DNA of 63,127 nucleotides, the filler included, from an uncultured bacterium (lineage in GTDB: Bacteria; CAYJRR01): assembly GCA_964372275.1 (NCBI GenBank). It is 5 parts of 5 records of this genome, joined end to end, with 100 filler letters (N's around TTAATTAATTAA, not from the genome) between each part and the next. Parts side by side here need not be neighbours in the genome. Positions count along the whole stretch, not along the records: positions 1 to 13,830 come from CAYJRR010000123.1; 4 more parts are not named here. One strand, given 5' to 3'. How positions within the stretch are numbered: the first letter of the stretch is position 1; each line of letters starts with the position of its first letter. The notes beneath the pieces were generated by a model. That model saw only the letters and a list, made by a program, of their open reading frames with translations, was not told the DNA's origin and did no database searches. Below, in pieces: positions 1 to 10,072 of this stretch. Position numbers and translations under genes: made by a program.

Positions 1-4
1 CTTT

Positions 5-925
5 ATGCTCGCACCGATCTCCCGCCGACGCCGCCTCGTCCTGGTGGCGCTGCCCGCCCTACTGGCCGGCTGCGCCACCCGCGGTCGGGGTCGCGCCACC
101 GAGATGGAGATCGACCGCCTGCAGAAGCAGGTCGCGTCGCTGCAGCGCGAGAACACCGATCTTCGCGCGCAGACCGACTCGACGCGAAACGAGCTGTTCA
201 TCCTGCACGACCGGCTCGAGACAGCGCGCATCCAGTTGGCGCGCACCCAGAGCCCGCCGCCGAAGCTGGAGGTGGTCAAGCTGGTTCCGACTCCGTCGAG
301 CGATCCGCTGGCGGCGCGCGTCGCGACCGCGTCGAGACCGGCGGCCCCCGGCCCCACCGCAGGCCGGACTCCGGCGGGAGGACCGGCGACGGGCGCGTCT
401 CCGCCACCGGCAGATCCGTTGGAGGACGAGGGGTACGACGCCTCCGCCGACGAAGCGGAGATGTTCTCGATCGAAGGGGACGACGCCGCGCCGGCGCCGA
501 TCCCGATGCTCTCCGCCAAGGCCACGAGCACCCGTGCGCCCCCTGCCGAGGATGCGATGGCGCTCTACCAGCGCGCCTTCGGCATCTTCCAGCAGAAGAA
601 GTGGGAGGAGGCGATCCTCCTTTTCGAACAGTTCGTGAAGGCCTACCCGACGCACGAATACGCCGACAACGCCTACTATTGGATGGGCGAGTGCTACTAC
701 ACGCAAGGGGAGTACGCCCTCGCGATCGGCGAGTTCCAACGGATCCCGGAGGTCTACCCGGGCGCGAACAAGGTTCCCGACGCGCTCCTGAAGATCGGGA
801 TCTCCTACCAGGCGCTCAACAACCGCAAGAACGCGGAGAAGACGCTTCGGCAGCTCATCGACGCCTACCCGCAGAGCAGCGCGGCGGGGATCGGCCGACA
901 GAGGCTGGCGAAGATGACGCCGTAA
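5..925 (+). CDS. cpoB: Tol-Pal associated TPR lipoprotein, CpoB/YbgF-like
   Basis: Lipobox LLAGC, N-terminal coiled coil, Pro/Ala linker, C-terminal TPRs with the YbgF-typical ADNAYYWMGE and KVPDALLKIG motifs. Confidence 0.8.
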   Translation: MLAPISRRRRLVLVALPALLAGCATRGRGRATEMEIDRLQKQVASLQRENTDLRAQTDSTRNELFILHDRLETARIQLARTQSPPPKLEVVKLVPTPSSDPLAARVATASRPAAPGPTAGRTPAGGPATGASPPPADPLEDEGYDASADEAEMFSIEGDDAAPAPIPMLSAKATSTRAPPAEDAMALYQRAFGIFQQKKWEEAILLFEQFVKAYPTHEYADNAYYWMGECYYTQGEYALAIGEFQRIPEVYPGANKVPDALLKIGISYQALNNRKNAEKTLRQLIDAYPQSSAAGIGRQRLAKMTP

Positions 926-940
926 CGGTCGAGGAGGCAC

Positions 941-2134
941 GTGGTCGCCATGCACCGCACCCTCGTGATGATCGTGGCTCCGTGGATCGCGCTCGGGGGC
1001 ACTTGCGCCTTCGGGGGTGGACTCGCCTTCGCGCAGTCGCCGGTGGAGCCGGCCGCCGCGGCGTCGACCGCCGACGGCATGCCCGTGCCGCTCGGCGGCG
1101 ACACCTACACCATCGCCCAGGGGGACACCCTCTGGGACATCTCCGCGCGGATGCTCTCCGATCCGTTCTACTGGCCGAAGCTCTGGAACCTGAACGAGTA
1201 CATCACCAATCCGCACTGGATCTATCCGGGGAACCTCCTCCGCTTCCGCGAGGGAACGGAGATTGCGCCGCCGCAGTTCGAGGTGACCAAGCCGGGCGAC
1301 CCGTCCGAGCGAACGATGCCGCCGATCCCGGCGGTGCCGGTCTCGATCGAAAACCTCCAGGAGGGGTTCCAGCTGGGGGCGGAGGAGCCGATCGTCGCCG
1401 CGCCCACCGTCTCGACCGCGCCGCTGGTGATCGCCGCGCCGCCGGAACTGGACAAGCCGCTCGAGGTCAACCTCCGCCAGGAGGGGATCATCTCGCAGTC
1501 GCTCCTCTCGCCGCTCGGTCACATCTACAAGTCGGAGTCGGAGCGCTCGCTGCTGGCGGAAGGGGACGAGCTCTATCTCAAGCTGAACGACGCGTCGCAG
1601 GCGGAGAAGGGGAAGCGCTTCACCGTCTACCGCACGCTCCGCCGCGTGCGGCACCCGGGGACGCGCGCCTACCTCGGATACCTGGTGAAGATCCTGGCCG
1701 AGCTCGAGATCGTCTCGACCGGCGAAGGGGTCACCACGGCCAAGGTGCTGACCTCCTACGACTCGATCCAGCGCGGCGATCCGATCACCGAATACGTGAG
1801 CGTGCTGAAGCAGGTGAACATCACCTCCAACAGCGCGAGCGTCGAGGGGATGATCGTGGAGACGATGGTCGATGGCGCCACGATCCTCGGAAACGGCGAC
1901 GTCATCTACCTCGACAAGGGGCAAGGGGACGGTGTCCGGATCGGCAACGTCGTCGACGTGGTGCGGCGCGGCGACGGGATGGCGCTGGGGAAGGACCGCG
2001 ACCCGGCGCTCCCCACGGAGGTGGTGGGCCGGCTGGTCGTCGTCGGGACGCAGGAGAACACCTCCACGGCGGTGATCGTGGAGGCGATCGACGCGCTCAA
2101 GGTCGGCGACAAGGTGAGGATGGTCTCCAACTAG
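941..2134 (+). CDS. LysM peptidoglycan-binding domain protein
   Basis: YTIAQGDTLWDIS...WPKLW...NPHWIYPG LysM motif; GAGGAGG RBS at 931-937 before GTG. Confidence 0.85.
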   Translation: MVAMHRTLVMIVAPWIALGGTCAFGGGLAFAQSPVEPAAAASTADGMPVPLGGDTYTIAQGDTLWDISARMLSDPFYWPKLWNLNEYITNPHWIYPGNLLRFREGTEIAPPQFEVTKPGDPSERTMPPIPAVPVSIENLQEGFQLGAEEPIVAAPTVSTAPLVIAAPPELDKPLEVNLRQEGIISQSLLSPLGHIYKSESERSLLAEGDELYLKLNDASQAEKGKRFTVYRTLRRVRHPGTRAYLGYLVKILAELEIVSTGEGVTTAKVLTSYDSIQRGDPITEYVSVLKQVNITSNSASVEGMIVETMVDGATILGNGDVIYLDKGQGDGVRIGNVVDVVRRGDGMALGKDRDPALPTEVVGRLVVVGTQENTSTAVIVEAIDALKVGDKVRMVSN

Positions 2135-2168
2135 GCCGCTTCGCGGCCGCGGCATTCTCGCTCCCGGA

Positions 2169-3437
2169 ATGAGTCCTCGCCGCTGTGCCGGAATGGTCGC
2201 GCTCCTCGTGCTCGCCTGCGCGCGTCCCGATCGCGCCGCCGGAGAGCTCGCCGGCACGCGGGTGACGACCACCGGTGGCGGCGCCGCCGCCGCGACGGCA
2301 ACGGACGCCCCGGTCGCCGTGCCCCTCGGCACGCCGTGGATGCCCCCCGTCGGGCCCGCCGCATCGCCGGCCCCCCGGGAGATCGCCGCCGTCGCCGGCC
2401 TCGAGGTGGTGGGACGCGGATTCCGCCAGCCGGTGGCGCTCGTGCAGGCGCCCGGCGACCCGCTCCGGCGGCTCTTCGTGGTGGAGAAGGTCGGCCGCGT
2501 GCGCTGGATCGAGGCGGGCCGTCCGTCGACGGAGGTCTACCTCGATCTGTCCGCCCGTGTCTCCCGCGGCGCGGAGCAGGGGCTGTTGGGAATGGCCTTC
2601 CATCCCCGCTTTGCCGAGAACGGCCGGCTGTTCGTGAACTACACCGACCGGAAGGGCCACACCCACGTCGTCGAGCTGCACGCGGCCTCGGCCGGCAGCC
2701 GCTCGGTCGATCCGTCGACGGAGCGTGACCGCCTGTTCGTGCGCCAACCGTACGCCAACCACAACGGCGGGCACCTCGCGTTCGCCCCGGACGGTGCTCT
2801 CTGGGTCGGCCTCGGCGATGGAGGTCTCTACGGGGACCCGCGCGACAACGCCCAGGATCGGACCTCGCTCCTGGGGAAGATGCTGCGCCTCGTGGTCGAC
2901 GGAAGCGAGCCTCGGCCGGAGATCGTCAAGTGGGGCCTGCGCAATCCGTGGCGCTATTCGTTCGACCGCAAGACCGGGGACCTGTACATCGGCGACGTCG
3001 GGCAGGACCGCTACGAGGAGATCCACGTCCTCCCCGCGGAGTCGATCCGGCTCGGGGAGAACCTCGGCTGGCCGATCGTCGAAGGTCGGTCCTGCTACCG
3101 CCCCAGGGACTGCGTCGTCGATGGACTCGAGCAGCCGGCGCTCGTCTACGCGCAACCCGAGGGCTGCAGCGTGATCGGCGGCCACGTCTACCGCGGCACG
3201 GCGCTCCCCGAGATCGACGGCCACTATCTCTATGGTGACTACTGCACCGGTCTCCTCCGGGGGTTCCGGTGGGAGGGGAGGGGGCGCCCCCTGACCCAGG
3301 TTTGGGACTGGAAGGCGGCGCTCGACCCGGAGGAGCGCTTGGCGCAAATCTCCTCCTTCGGCGAGGACCTGGACGGCGAGCTCTACCTCCTTTCGCTCGA
3401 CGGATCGATCCGCAAGCTGGTCCGGCGCGGTCCTTGA
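2169..3437 (+). CDS. PQQ-dependent glucose/sorbosone dehydrogenase family lipoprotein
   Basis: EQGLLGMAFHP, NHNGGHL, GLRNPWRYSFD, GDVGQD and ISSFGED motifs. Confidence 0.85.
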   Translation: MSPRRCAGMVALLVLACARPDRAAGELAGTRVTTTGGGAAAATATDAPVAVPLGTPWMPPVGPAASPAPREIAAVAGLEVVGRGFRQPVALVQAPGDPLRRLFVVEKVGRVRWIEAGRPSTEVYLDLSARVSRGAEQGLLGMAFHPRFAENGRLFVNYTDRKGHTHVVELHAASAGSRSVDPSTERDRLFVRQPYANHNGGHLAFAPDGALWVGLGDGGLYGDPRDNAQDRTSLLGKMLRLVVDGSEPRPEIVKWGLRNPWRYSFDRKTGDLYIGDVGQDRYEEIHVLPAESIRLGENLGWPIVEGRSCYRPRDCVVDGLEQPALVYAQPEGCSVIGGHVYRGTALPEIDGHYLYGDYCTGLLRGFRWEGRGRPLTQVWDWKAALDPEERLAQISSFGEDLDGELYLLSLDGSIRKLVRRGP

Positions 3438-3534
3438 ATCCGTCCGGGTGGCCGTCGGAGACCTCCGAATCCTTTGCGGCGCGCGCGATGGGCGCGTTGA
3501 ACGGTTCGGTCGATCGGCGGTACACTTCCACCTC

Positions 3535-5574
3535 GTGCGACGTCCTCGAGGGTGGGTCGACGCGGCGTGCGCGGCAGGGTTGTTCTCCGTCCTCGCGGCG
3601 TGCGACGACGCGGCGAAGCGCTATTCGCTCGGCGGCACGGTCTCCGGGCTGGACGGGACGCTGGCGCTGTCGAACGGTTCGGAGGTGGTGCTCGTCGACG
3701 AGGACGGGACGTTCTCCTTTCCCTCGGGTCTCCGATCCGGTGCGAGCTACGCCGTCGTCGTGATGGTGCAGCCGGACGGCCAGGTCTGCACCGTCGAGGG
3801 GGGGATCGGCCAGATCGGAAAGAACGACGTCAAGGAGGTCGCCGTCACCTGCCGCTCGGACGAGGCGCGTCTGGCCTCCCTCACCCTCGCGGCTCCGTCG
3901 GAGGAACTGGCTCCGGCCTTCGACCCGGAGGTGACCGAGTACGACGCTTCCGCCTTCCTCTTCGACACGTCGATGACGATCACCGCCTCCTCGGCGAGCG
4001 GCCGGGCGACGATCACCGTGCAGGGGACGGAAGTCGCGTCGGGGGAGCCGTCGCCGAAGCTCGACCTGGCGTTGGGTCCGAACGTGGTGCCGGTGGTGGT
4101 TACGGCCGAGACCGGTTCGACGCGGACCTACGAGATCCGGATCCATCGCGGCAAGCCGGCCTTCATCAAGGCCTCGAATACCGGCGCCAGCGACCAGTTC
4201 GGAATGAGCGTCGCCGTCTGGGGGGACACGATGGCGGTCGGCGCCAACCTCGAGGATTCGAGCTCCGTCGGGATCAACGACGACCAGGCAAACAACGGCG
4301 CCGGGGACAGCGGCGCGGTCTACGTCTACGTCCGGACGACGGCGGGGACCTGGGCGCAACAGGCCTACCTCAAGGCCTCCAACACCGGCAGTGGCGATCA
4401 GTTCGGGTTCAGCGTTTCGCTCTCCGGGGACACGATGGTGGTCGGGGCGCCGCTCGAGGACTCTGCCGCCACCGGCGTCAACGGCACCCAGGCCGACAAC
4501 ACCTCCACCAACAGCGGCGCCGCCTACGTCTTGGTCCGGAGCGCCGGGGTTTGGACCCAGCAGGCGTACCTCAAGGCGTCGAACACCGGCGCCGACGACC
4601 GGTTCGGCGAGAGCGTCTCCATCTCCGGCGATACGATCGTCGTCGGGGCGCGCAACGAGAGCTCGGCCGCGACCGGCGTGAACGGCACACAGGCCGACGA
4701 GAACGCCTTCCAGAGCGGCGCGGCCTACGTCTTCGTTCGGAGCGGGACGGTCTGGAGCCAGCAGGCGTACCTCAAGGCCTCCAACACCGGCGGCGGGAAC
4801 GGGGCCTCGACGCCGACCGTGGCGGGGGACCAGTTCGGCCAAGCCGTCGGGGTTTCCGGGGACACGGTCGTGGTCGGCGCGCAGCTCGAGGACTCGAGCG
4901 CCCTGGGGGTGGACGGGAACCAGGCCGACAACGGCGCGTCCAACTCGGGATCGGCGTACGTATTCATCCGCTCCGGAACGACCTGGACGCAGCAGGCCTA
5001 TCTCAAGGCGTCAAACACCGGCAGCGAAGACCGGTTTGGGCTCAACGTCGCCGTCTCGGGCGAGTCGGTGGCAATCGCCGCCACGCTCGAGGACTCGTCT
5101 TCGAGCGGTGTGAACGGGTTGCAAGGGGACAACAACACCGCGGACAGCGGCGCCGTCTATCTCTTCACCCGGAGTGGAACCGCTTGGAGCCAGCAGGCCT
5201 ACCTCAAGGCCTCCCATCCCGGGGTGAGCGACCAGTTCGGAATCGGTCTTTCGCTGTCGGGTGATTCGCTGCTCGTCGGCGCGTTCATCGAGGACTCGGG
5301 GGCCACCGGGGTGAACGGAAACTCCGCCGACAACTCGGTGGCCGATTCGGGGGCGGCGTACCTCTTTCTGCGCGATGCGAGCGGTTGGAAGCAGAAGGCC
5401 TACTTCAAGTCGTGGGACCCCGATCCCCAGGACCAGTTCGGACGGAGCGTCGCCGTCCACAGCGACACAAGCGTCGTCTCCGCGTTCATCGAGGACTCGA
5501 GCAGCCTGGGGACGAGCGGCAACCCGAACGACAACGGCGCCGTCAGCAGCGGCGCCGTCTTCGTCTACCGCTGA
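3535..5574 (+). CDS. Cadherin-like beta-sandwich plus FG-GAP (integrin-like) repeat lipoprotein; start uncertain (ORF open from 3448)
   Basis: Lipobox LAAC, LAPAFDPEVTEY domain, repeated QQAYLKASNTGxxDxFG...GAxY units. Confidence 0.8.
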   Translation: MRRPRGWVDAACAAGLFSVLAACDDAAKRYSLGGTVSGLDGTLALSNGSEVVLVDEDGTFSFPSGLRSGASYAVVVMVQPDGQVCTVEGGIGQIGKNDVKEVAVTCRSDEARLASLTLAAPSEELAPAFDPEVTEYDASAFLFDTSMTITASSASGRATITVQGTEVASGEPSPKLDLALGPNVVPVVVTAETGSTRTYEIRIHRGKPAFIKASNTGASDQFGMSVAVWGDTMAVGANLEDSSSVGINDDQANNGAGDSGAVYVYVRTTAGTWAQQAYLKASNTGSGDQFGFSVSLSGDTMVVGAPLEDSAATGVNGTQADNTSTNSGAAYVLVRSAGVWTQQAYLKASNTGADDRFGESVSISGDTIVVGARNESSAATGVNGTQADENAFQSGAAYVFVRSGTVWSQQAYLKASNTGGGNGASTPTVAGDQFGQAVGVSGDTVVVGAQLEDSSALGVDGNQADNGASNSGSAYVFIRSGTTWTQQAYLKASNTGSEDRFGLNVAVSGESVAIAATLEDSSSSGVNGLQGDNNTADSGAVYLFTRSGTAWSQQAYLKASHPGVSDQFGIGLSLSGDSLLVGAFIEDSGATGVNGNSADNSVADSGAAYLFLRDASGWKQKAYFKSWDPDPQDQFGRSVAVHSDTSVVSAFIEDSSSLGTSGNPNDNGAVSSGAVFVYR

Positions 5575-5579
5575 CGCCG

Positions 5580-7586
5580 ATGGCGAAACCGTTCCCGCCG
5601 AGCCTCCTCCTCCTCGCGACTACGGCGGCGGTCCCCGGCTGCGACGGCGACGCGGTCCGCTACTCGGTCGGTGGCACGGCGTCGGGGGTGGTCGGCGAGC
5701 TCGTGCTCTCGGACGGGTGGGAGGTGATCCACGTCCGGGAGGACGGAGCGTTCTCCTTCCCCGGCGGACGTTCAAAGGGGGACGACTACGCCGTCACCGT
5801 CGTCGTGCCGCCGGTCGACCGCGCCTGCACCGTGGAGAACGGCGTCGGTACGATCGGCTCCTCGGACGTCGACGGCGTGGTGGTGACCTGCCGCGGGGAC
5901 AACGTGCGCCTCGCGTCGCTCGCCGTCGATCCGTCCGTGGAGCTGCTCCCGGCCTTCGACGCCGAGGTCGCCGGCTACGAAGCGTTGGTCTTCCTCTTCG
6001 ACTCGACGGTGCGGGTGACGGCGACGGCCGAGGACCCGACGGCGACGATTCGGGTGCAGGGGCAACCGGCGGTTTCGGGGGCGCCGTCGGACCCGGTCGA
6101 CCTCGACCTCGGCGAGAACGTCGTCTCGGTCGAGCTGACGGCGGAGAGCGGGAGGTCGCGGCTCTACGAGATCCGCGTCCGGCGCGGAGAACCGGACTAC
6201 GGAAAGGCGTCGAACAGCGGCAACGACGACCGCTTCGGGTTCAGCATCTCGAGCTTCGGCGATTTCCTGGTGGTCGGCGCCTTCCAGGAGGACTCCGCGG
6301 CGACCGGCGTCGGCGGAGATCCGACGAGCGAGGCGGCGTCGAACAGCGGCGCGGTCTACGTCTACTCGCGGATCGGCGACCTCTGGGTGCAGGAGGCCTA
6401 CCTCAAAGCGTCGAATGCCGAGGCCGGCGACGAGTTCGGCCGGAATATCGGCTTCTCCGACAACACGCTGGTGGTCGGCGCGCGGCTCGAGGACTCGAGC
6501 GCCACCGGGATCAACGGCGATCAGACGAGCAACGCGTCGACCGACGCCGGCGCCGTCTACGTCTTCGTGCGCAGCGCCGGCGTCTGGGCCCAGCAGGCCT
6601 ACCTCAAGGCGTCGAACACCGGGGGCGGGGACCAGTTTGGAAGCAGCGTGGCGATCAACGGCGACACGCTGGTGGTGGGCAGCCCCCTCGAGGATTCGAG
6701 CGCGACCGGCGTCGGCGGGGCGCAGGGTGACAACGGCGCCTCGGCCGCGGGGGCGGCCTACATCTTCGTCCGGAGCGGAACGACCTGGACGCAGCAGGCC
6801 TATCTCAAGGCGTCGAACACCGGCGCCAACGACCAGTTCGGCGGCAGCGTCTCGCTGTCGGGCAGCACCGCGGTGGTCGGCGCGGCGCTGGAGGACTCCT
6901 CCTCCGTCGGCGTCGACGGCGTTCAGGCCGACGAGACGGCGACCAACGCCGGCGCCGCCTACGTCTTCAACCGCAACGGCACGACCTGGACCCAGCAGGG
7001 GTATCTCAAGGCGTCGAACACCGGGGCCAACGACCAGTTCGGCGGCACGGTCGACATCTCGGGGGAAACGGTGGTGGTCGGGGCCGCGCTCGAGGACTCC
7101 GCCGCGACGGGGGTCGGCGGGAACGGCGCCGACAACTCGGCATCGAGCAGCGGCGCCTCCTACGTCTTCACCCGGACGGCGGGCGCCTGGAGCCCCCAGG
7201 CCTACGTCAAGGCCTCCAACGCCGGCTTCGACGATCGCTTCGGGGGCTCGCTTGCGATCGTCGGCGATCTCCTGGTGGTCGGGGCGGCGCTGGAGGATTC
7301 GAGCGCGGCCGGGATCGACGGCGATCCGGCCGACGACAATTCGCTCGAAAGCGGCGCGGCATACCTCTTCGTGCGCGAGGCCGGCGCCTGGCGGCAGCGC
7401 GCCTACCTCAAGTCGCCGGCCCCCGGGGCCAACGACCAGTTCGGGACGAGCGTGGCGCTGGCAGCCGATTTCGTGATCGTCGCCGCGCCGCTCGAAGACT
7501 CGAGCGCGCGGACATTGGGGACGTTCGTCGCCAACTCCGCCAACAACGCCGCGCTCGACAGCGGCGCCGTCTACCTCTTCCGCTAG
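5580..7586 (+). CDS. Second FG-GAP repeat lipoprotein, tandem paralog of the upstream gene
   Basis: Same architecture (VPGC lipobox-like, LLPAFDAEV, QQAYLKASNTG repeats); ATG 5 nt after the upstream stop. Confidence 0.8.
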   Translation: MAKPFPPSLLLLATTAAVPGCDGDAVRYSVGGTASGVVGELVLSDGWEVIHVREDGAFSFPGGRSKGDDYAVTVVVPPVDRACTVENGVGTIGSSDVDGVVVTCRGDNVRLASLAVDPSVELLPAFDAEVAGYEALVFLFDSTVRVTATAEDPTATIRVQGQPAVSGAPSDPVDLDLGENVVSVELTAESGRSRLYEIRVRRGEPDYGKASNSGNDDRFGFSISSFGDFLVVGAFQEDSAATGVGGDPTSEAASNSGAVYVYSRIGDLWVQEAYLKASNAEAGDEFGRNIGFSDNTLVVGARLEDSSATGINGDQTSNASTDAGAVYVFVRSAGVWAQQAYLKASNTGGGDQFGSSVAINGDTLVVGSPLEDSSATGVGGAQGDNGASAAGAAYIFVRSGTTWTQQAYLKASNTGANDQFGGSVSLSGSTAVVGAALEDSSSVGVDGVQADETATNAGAAYVFNRNGTTWTQQGYLKASNTGANDQFGGTVDISGETVVVGAALEDSAATGVGGNGADNSASSSGASYVFTRTAGAWSPQAYVKASNAGFDDRFGGSLAIVGDLLVVGAALEDSSAAGIDGDPADDNSLESGAAYLFVREAGAWRQRAYLKSPAPGANDQFGTSVALAADFVIVAAPLEDSSARTLGTFVANSANNAALDSGAVYLFR

Positions 7587-8353
7587 AACCGGGTCAGCCG
7601 GTCGAGCGCGTCGAGCGATCCGGCGAGTCCCAGGCGGCTGGTGTCGACCACCTGGTGTGCGCGGGCGTAGAGCGGCTCGCGGGCGAACAGGAGCGCCTTG
7701 AGCTCCGCCTTGGCGCGCGGGTTCCGCGCCATCGGGCGACGGTCCCCTTGCCGCACCACGCGCGCCCAGTGGTCGTCGGCGTCCGCTTTCAGCCAGACGA
7801 TCCGGCTTCCGCTCTGTAGGAGGGAGAAGGCGTCCGGATTGGTGACGATCCCGCCTCCGGTGGCAATCACCGAGCCGCCGGCGCTCTGGCGCAGCAATCG
7901 CTCGAGCGCGGTGGTCTCCACGCGGCGGTAGAACGCCTCGCCGTGCAGGGCGAAGATCTCCGACAGCGACAGCCCCGCCGTCGACTCGACGAGCTGGTCG
8001 AGCTCGTGAAAGGGGACCTTGCGCCGATCGGCGAGCCGGCGGCCCAGGGTGCTCTTGCCGGCGCCTCTCAAGCCGACCAAGGCGACCACCGGTGGTCCGG
8101 AGTCCTCCTCCGGGATCAGCTCGCGCAGCGGCACGGCCAACGCCTTCGCCACGCGGTCGAGCCGCGCCAACGACACGTTGCCCCGGCCCGCCTCGATCTC
8201 GCCGACGAAGCGGACCGAGAGCCGGGCGCGGGCGGCGAGCTCCTTCAGGGTGAGGCGGCGCTCGGTGCGCCGATCGCGTACGCGACCGCCGAGCCGCCGG
8301 AGAAGCTCCGTCGCCGAGCGGGCATCGGAAGGGGGGGAGGGAGGTCCGGACAC
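7583..8353 (-). CDS. boxR: BoxR/BzdR-family regulator (XRE HTH fused to shikimate-kinase-like domain)
   Basis: HTH LTLKELAARARLSVRF..IEAGRGNVSL followed by LVGLRGAGKSTLG; divergent from boxC; GTG start at 8353 inferred. Confidence 0.85.
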   Translation of the reverse strand: MSGPPSPPSDARSATELLRRLGGRVRDRRTERRLTLKELAARARLSVRFVGEIEAGRGNVSLARLDRVAKALAVPLRELIPEEDSGPPVVALVGLRGAGKSTLGRRLADRRKVPFHELDQLVESTAGLSLSEIFALHGEAFYRRVETTALERLLRQSAGGSVIATGGGIVTNPDAFSLLQSGSRIVWLKADADDHWARVVRQGDRRPMARNPRAKAELKALLFAREPLYARAHQVVDTSRLGLAGSLDALDRLTRF

Positions 8354-8358
8354 CGAAG

Positions 8359-8402
8359 GCAGTATAGTGCGTCGTCGTATGCGATGACAAGCGCTATACT
8401 GC
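8359..8402. promoter_or_regulatory. Divergent boxR/boxC promoter with two putative BoxR operators
   Basis: Inverted pair GCAGTATAGTGC (8359-8370) and GCGCTATACTGC (8391-8402), 11/12 match, each containing a TATACT -10 on opposite strands. Confidence 0.6.
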
Positions 8403-8462
8403 TTGACGGCGGACTTGGCCGCCGATAGCCTCGCCGGCCGACCCAACCGAGGAGCCCGCGCC

Positions 8463-10072
8463 GTGACGACACACCCGGAGATCGAGTTCGAAACATCCCC
8501 CGACCGCTATCGCCATTGGACGCTCGCCTTCGAGGGGGCTGTCGCCACCCTCACCATGAACGTCCAGGAGGACGCGGGCCTCAGGCCCGGCTACTCGCTC
8601 AAGCTCAACTCCTACGACCTGGGGGTCGACATCGAGCTGGCGGACGCTGTCCAACGGCTCCGCTTCGAGCACCCGGAGGTGCGGGCGGTGGTCGTCACAA
8701 GCCGGCGGGAGAAGATCTTTTGCGCCGGGGCCAANNNNNNNNNNAGGACTCGAGCCGGCATTCGGGTATCCAGTTCCTCTGCGCGTTGAACGGCACCGCC
8801 TCGGGCGGCGGCTACGAGCTTGCGCTGGCCTGCGATGAGATCTTCCTCGTCGACGACGGCAACTCGGCGGTGAGCCTGCCCGAAGTCCCGCTTCTCGGCG
8901 TGCTCCCCGGAACCGGAGGGCTCACCCGCGTCGTCGACAAGCGGAAGGTGCGCCGCGATCTCGCCGACGTCTTCTCGACGGTGTCGGAAGGGGTGCGCGG
9001 CGAACGCGCCGTCGAGTGGCGCCTGGTCGACCGGTCGATCCCCCGGAGCCGCTTCGCGGAGGCGGTGTCGGCGCGCGCCCGGGAGCTGGCCGCCGTCTCC
9101 ACGCGTCCGAGCGATCCGAAGGGGCGGATCGAGCTCAAGCCGCTCGCGCGCACGGCCGCGACCGCTCCCGGGGGCGAGGACGGCTGGCGCTACGCGCACG
9201 TCGGGGTGTCGATCGACGCCAAGCGCCGCGTCGCCGAAGTCACCGTCCTCGGCCCCGCCTCCCCGCAGCCCGAGACCCCGGAAGGGATCCTGGAGATGGG
9301 CTGCGGCTATTGGGGGCTGGCCGCCTTCCGCGAGCTCGAGGACGCGCTGCTCCGGCTCCGTTTCAACGAGCCGGAGATCGGAACGGTGCTGCTCCGGACG
9401 CGCGGCAAGGCCTCCGAGGTGCTGCGCGTCGACCGGACGCTCGCGACACACGCGGAGCACTGGGTCGCGCGCGAGATCGTCGGTCAGATGCGGCGCACGC
9501 TGAAGCGGATCGACGTGAGCGCCAAGAGCTTCTTCGCGCTGATCGACGGACCCGACTCCTGTTTCGCCGGATCGCTCTTCGAGCTGGCGCTCGCCGCCGA
9601 CCGGTCGTACATGCTCGACGACGAAGGCGAGCGAACCGGCGTCGCGCTCGGGGCGTTGAACGGAGGCCGCCTGCCGATGGGGAACGGCCTCACGCGCCTG
9701 GGAACCCGCTTCTACGGCGAGCCGGACCGGGAGGAGAAGATCGCCGCGCTCCTCGCGCACCCGGGGGCCTTCGACACCCAGGACGCGCTGGCGGAGGGGC
9801 TCGTCACCTTCGCACCCGACGAGATCGACTGGGAAGACGAGATTCGTCTCGCCGTCGAGGAGCGCGCCGCGATGAGTCCCGACGCCCTCACCGGGATGGA
9901 GGCGAACCTGCGCTTCCCCGGTCCGGAGACGATGGAGACGAAGATCTTCGGTCGGCTCACCGCCTGGCAGAACTGGATCTTCCAGCGCCCCAACGCCGTC
10001 GGCGAGAAGGGCGCGCTCAAGGTCTACGGGAAGGCCGGCGCCCGTCCGGACTTCGACTACGGGAGAGTGTGA
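8463..10072 (+). CDS. boxC: 2,3-epoxybenzoyl-CoA dihydrolase; frame broken only by a 10-N assembly gap at 8735-8744
   Basis: LKLNSYDLGVDIELADAVQRLRFEHPEV, GGGYELALAC, PETMETKIFGRLTAWQNWIFQRPNAVG; GAGGAG RBS. Confidence 0.92.

Noticed and set aside
2135..2149. GGCCGC-TTC-GCGGCC hairpin as a terminator
   Set aside because: Short stem with no U-tract; common in GC-rich DNA.
59..2332. Long antisense and alternative-frame ORFs (e.g. 59-2332, 5772-8390, 28297-31059, 41956-44925)
   Set aside because: They are shadow ORFs of high-GC genes, Arg/Gly/Pro-rich and without domain motifs.
4160..7580. Periodic DNA repeats as a CRISPR array
   Set aside because: The repeats are in-frame coding FG-GAP blades with a period of about 60 codons, and there are no cas genes.
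8735..8744. Apparent frameshift or pseudogene in boxC
   Set aside because: The frame change coincides with a 10-N placeholder gap, and both halves are intact.
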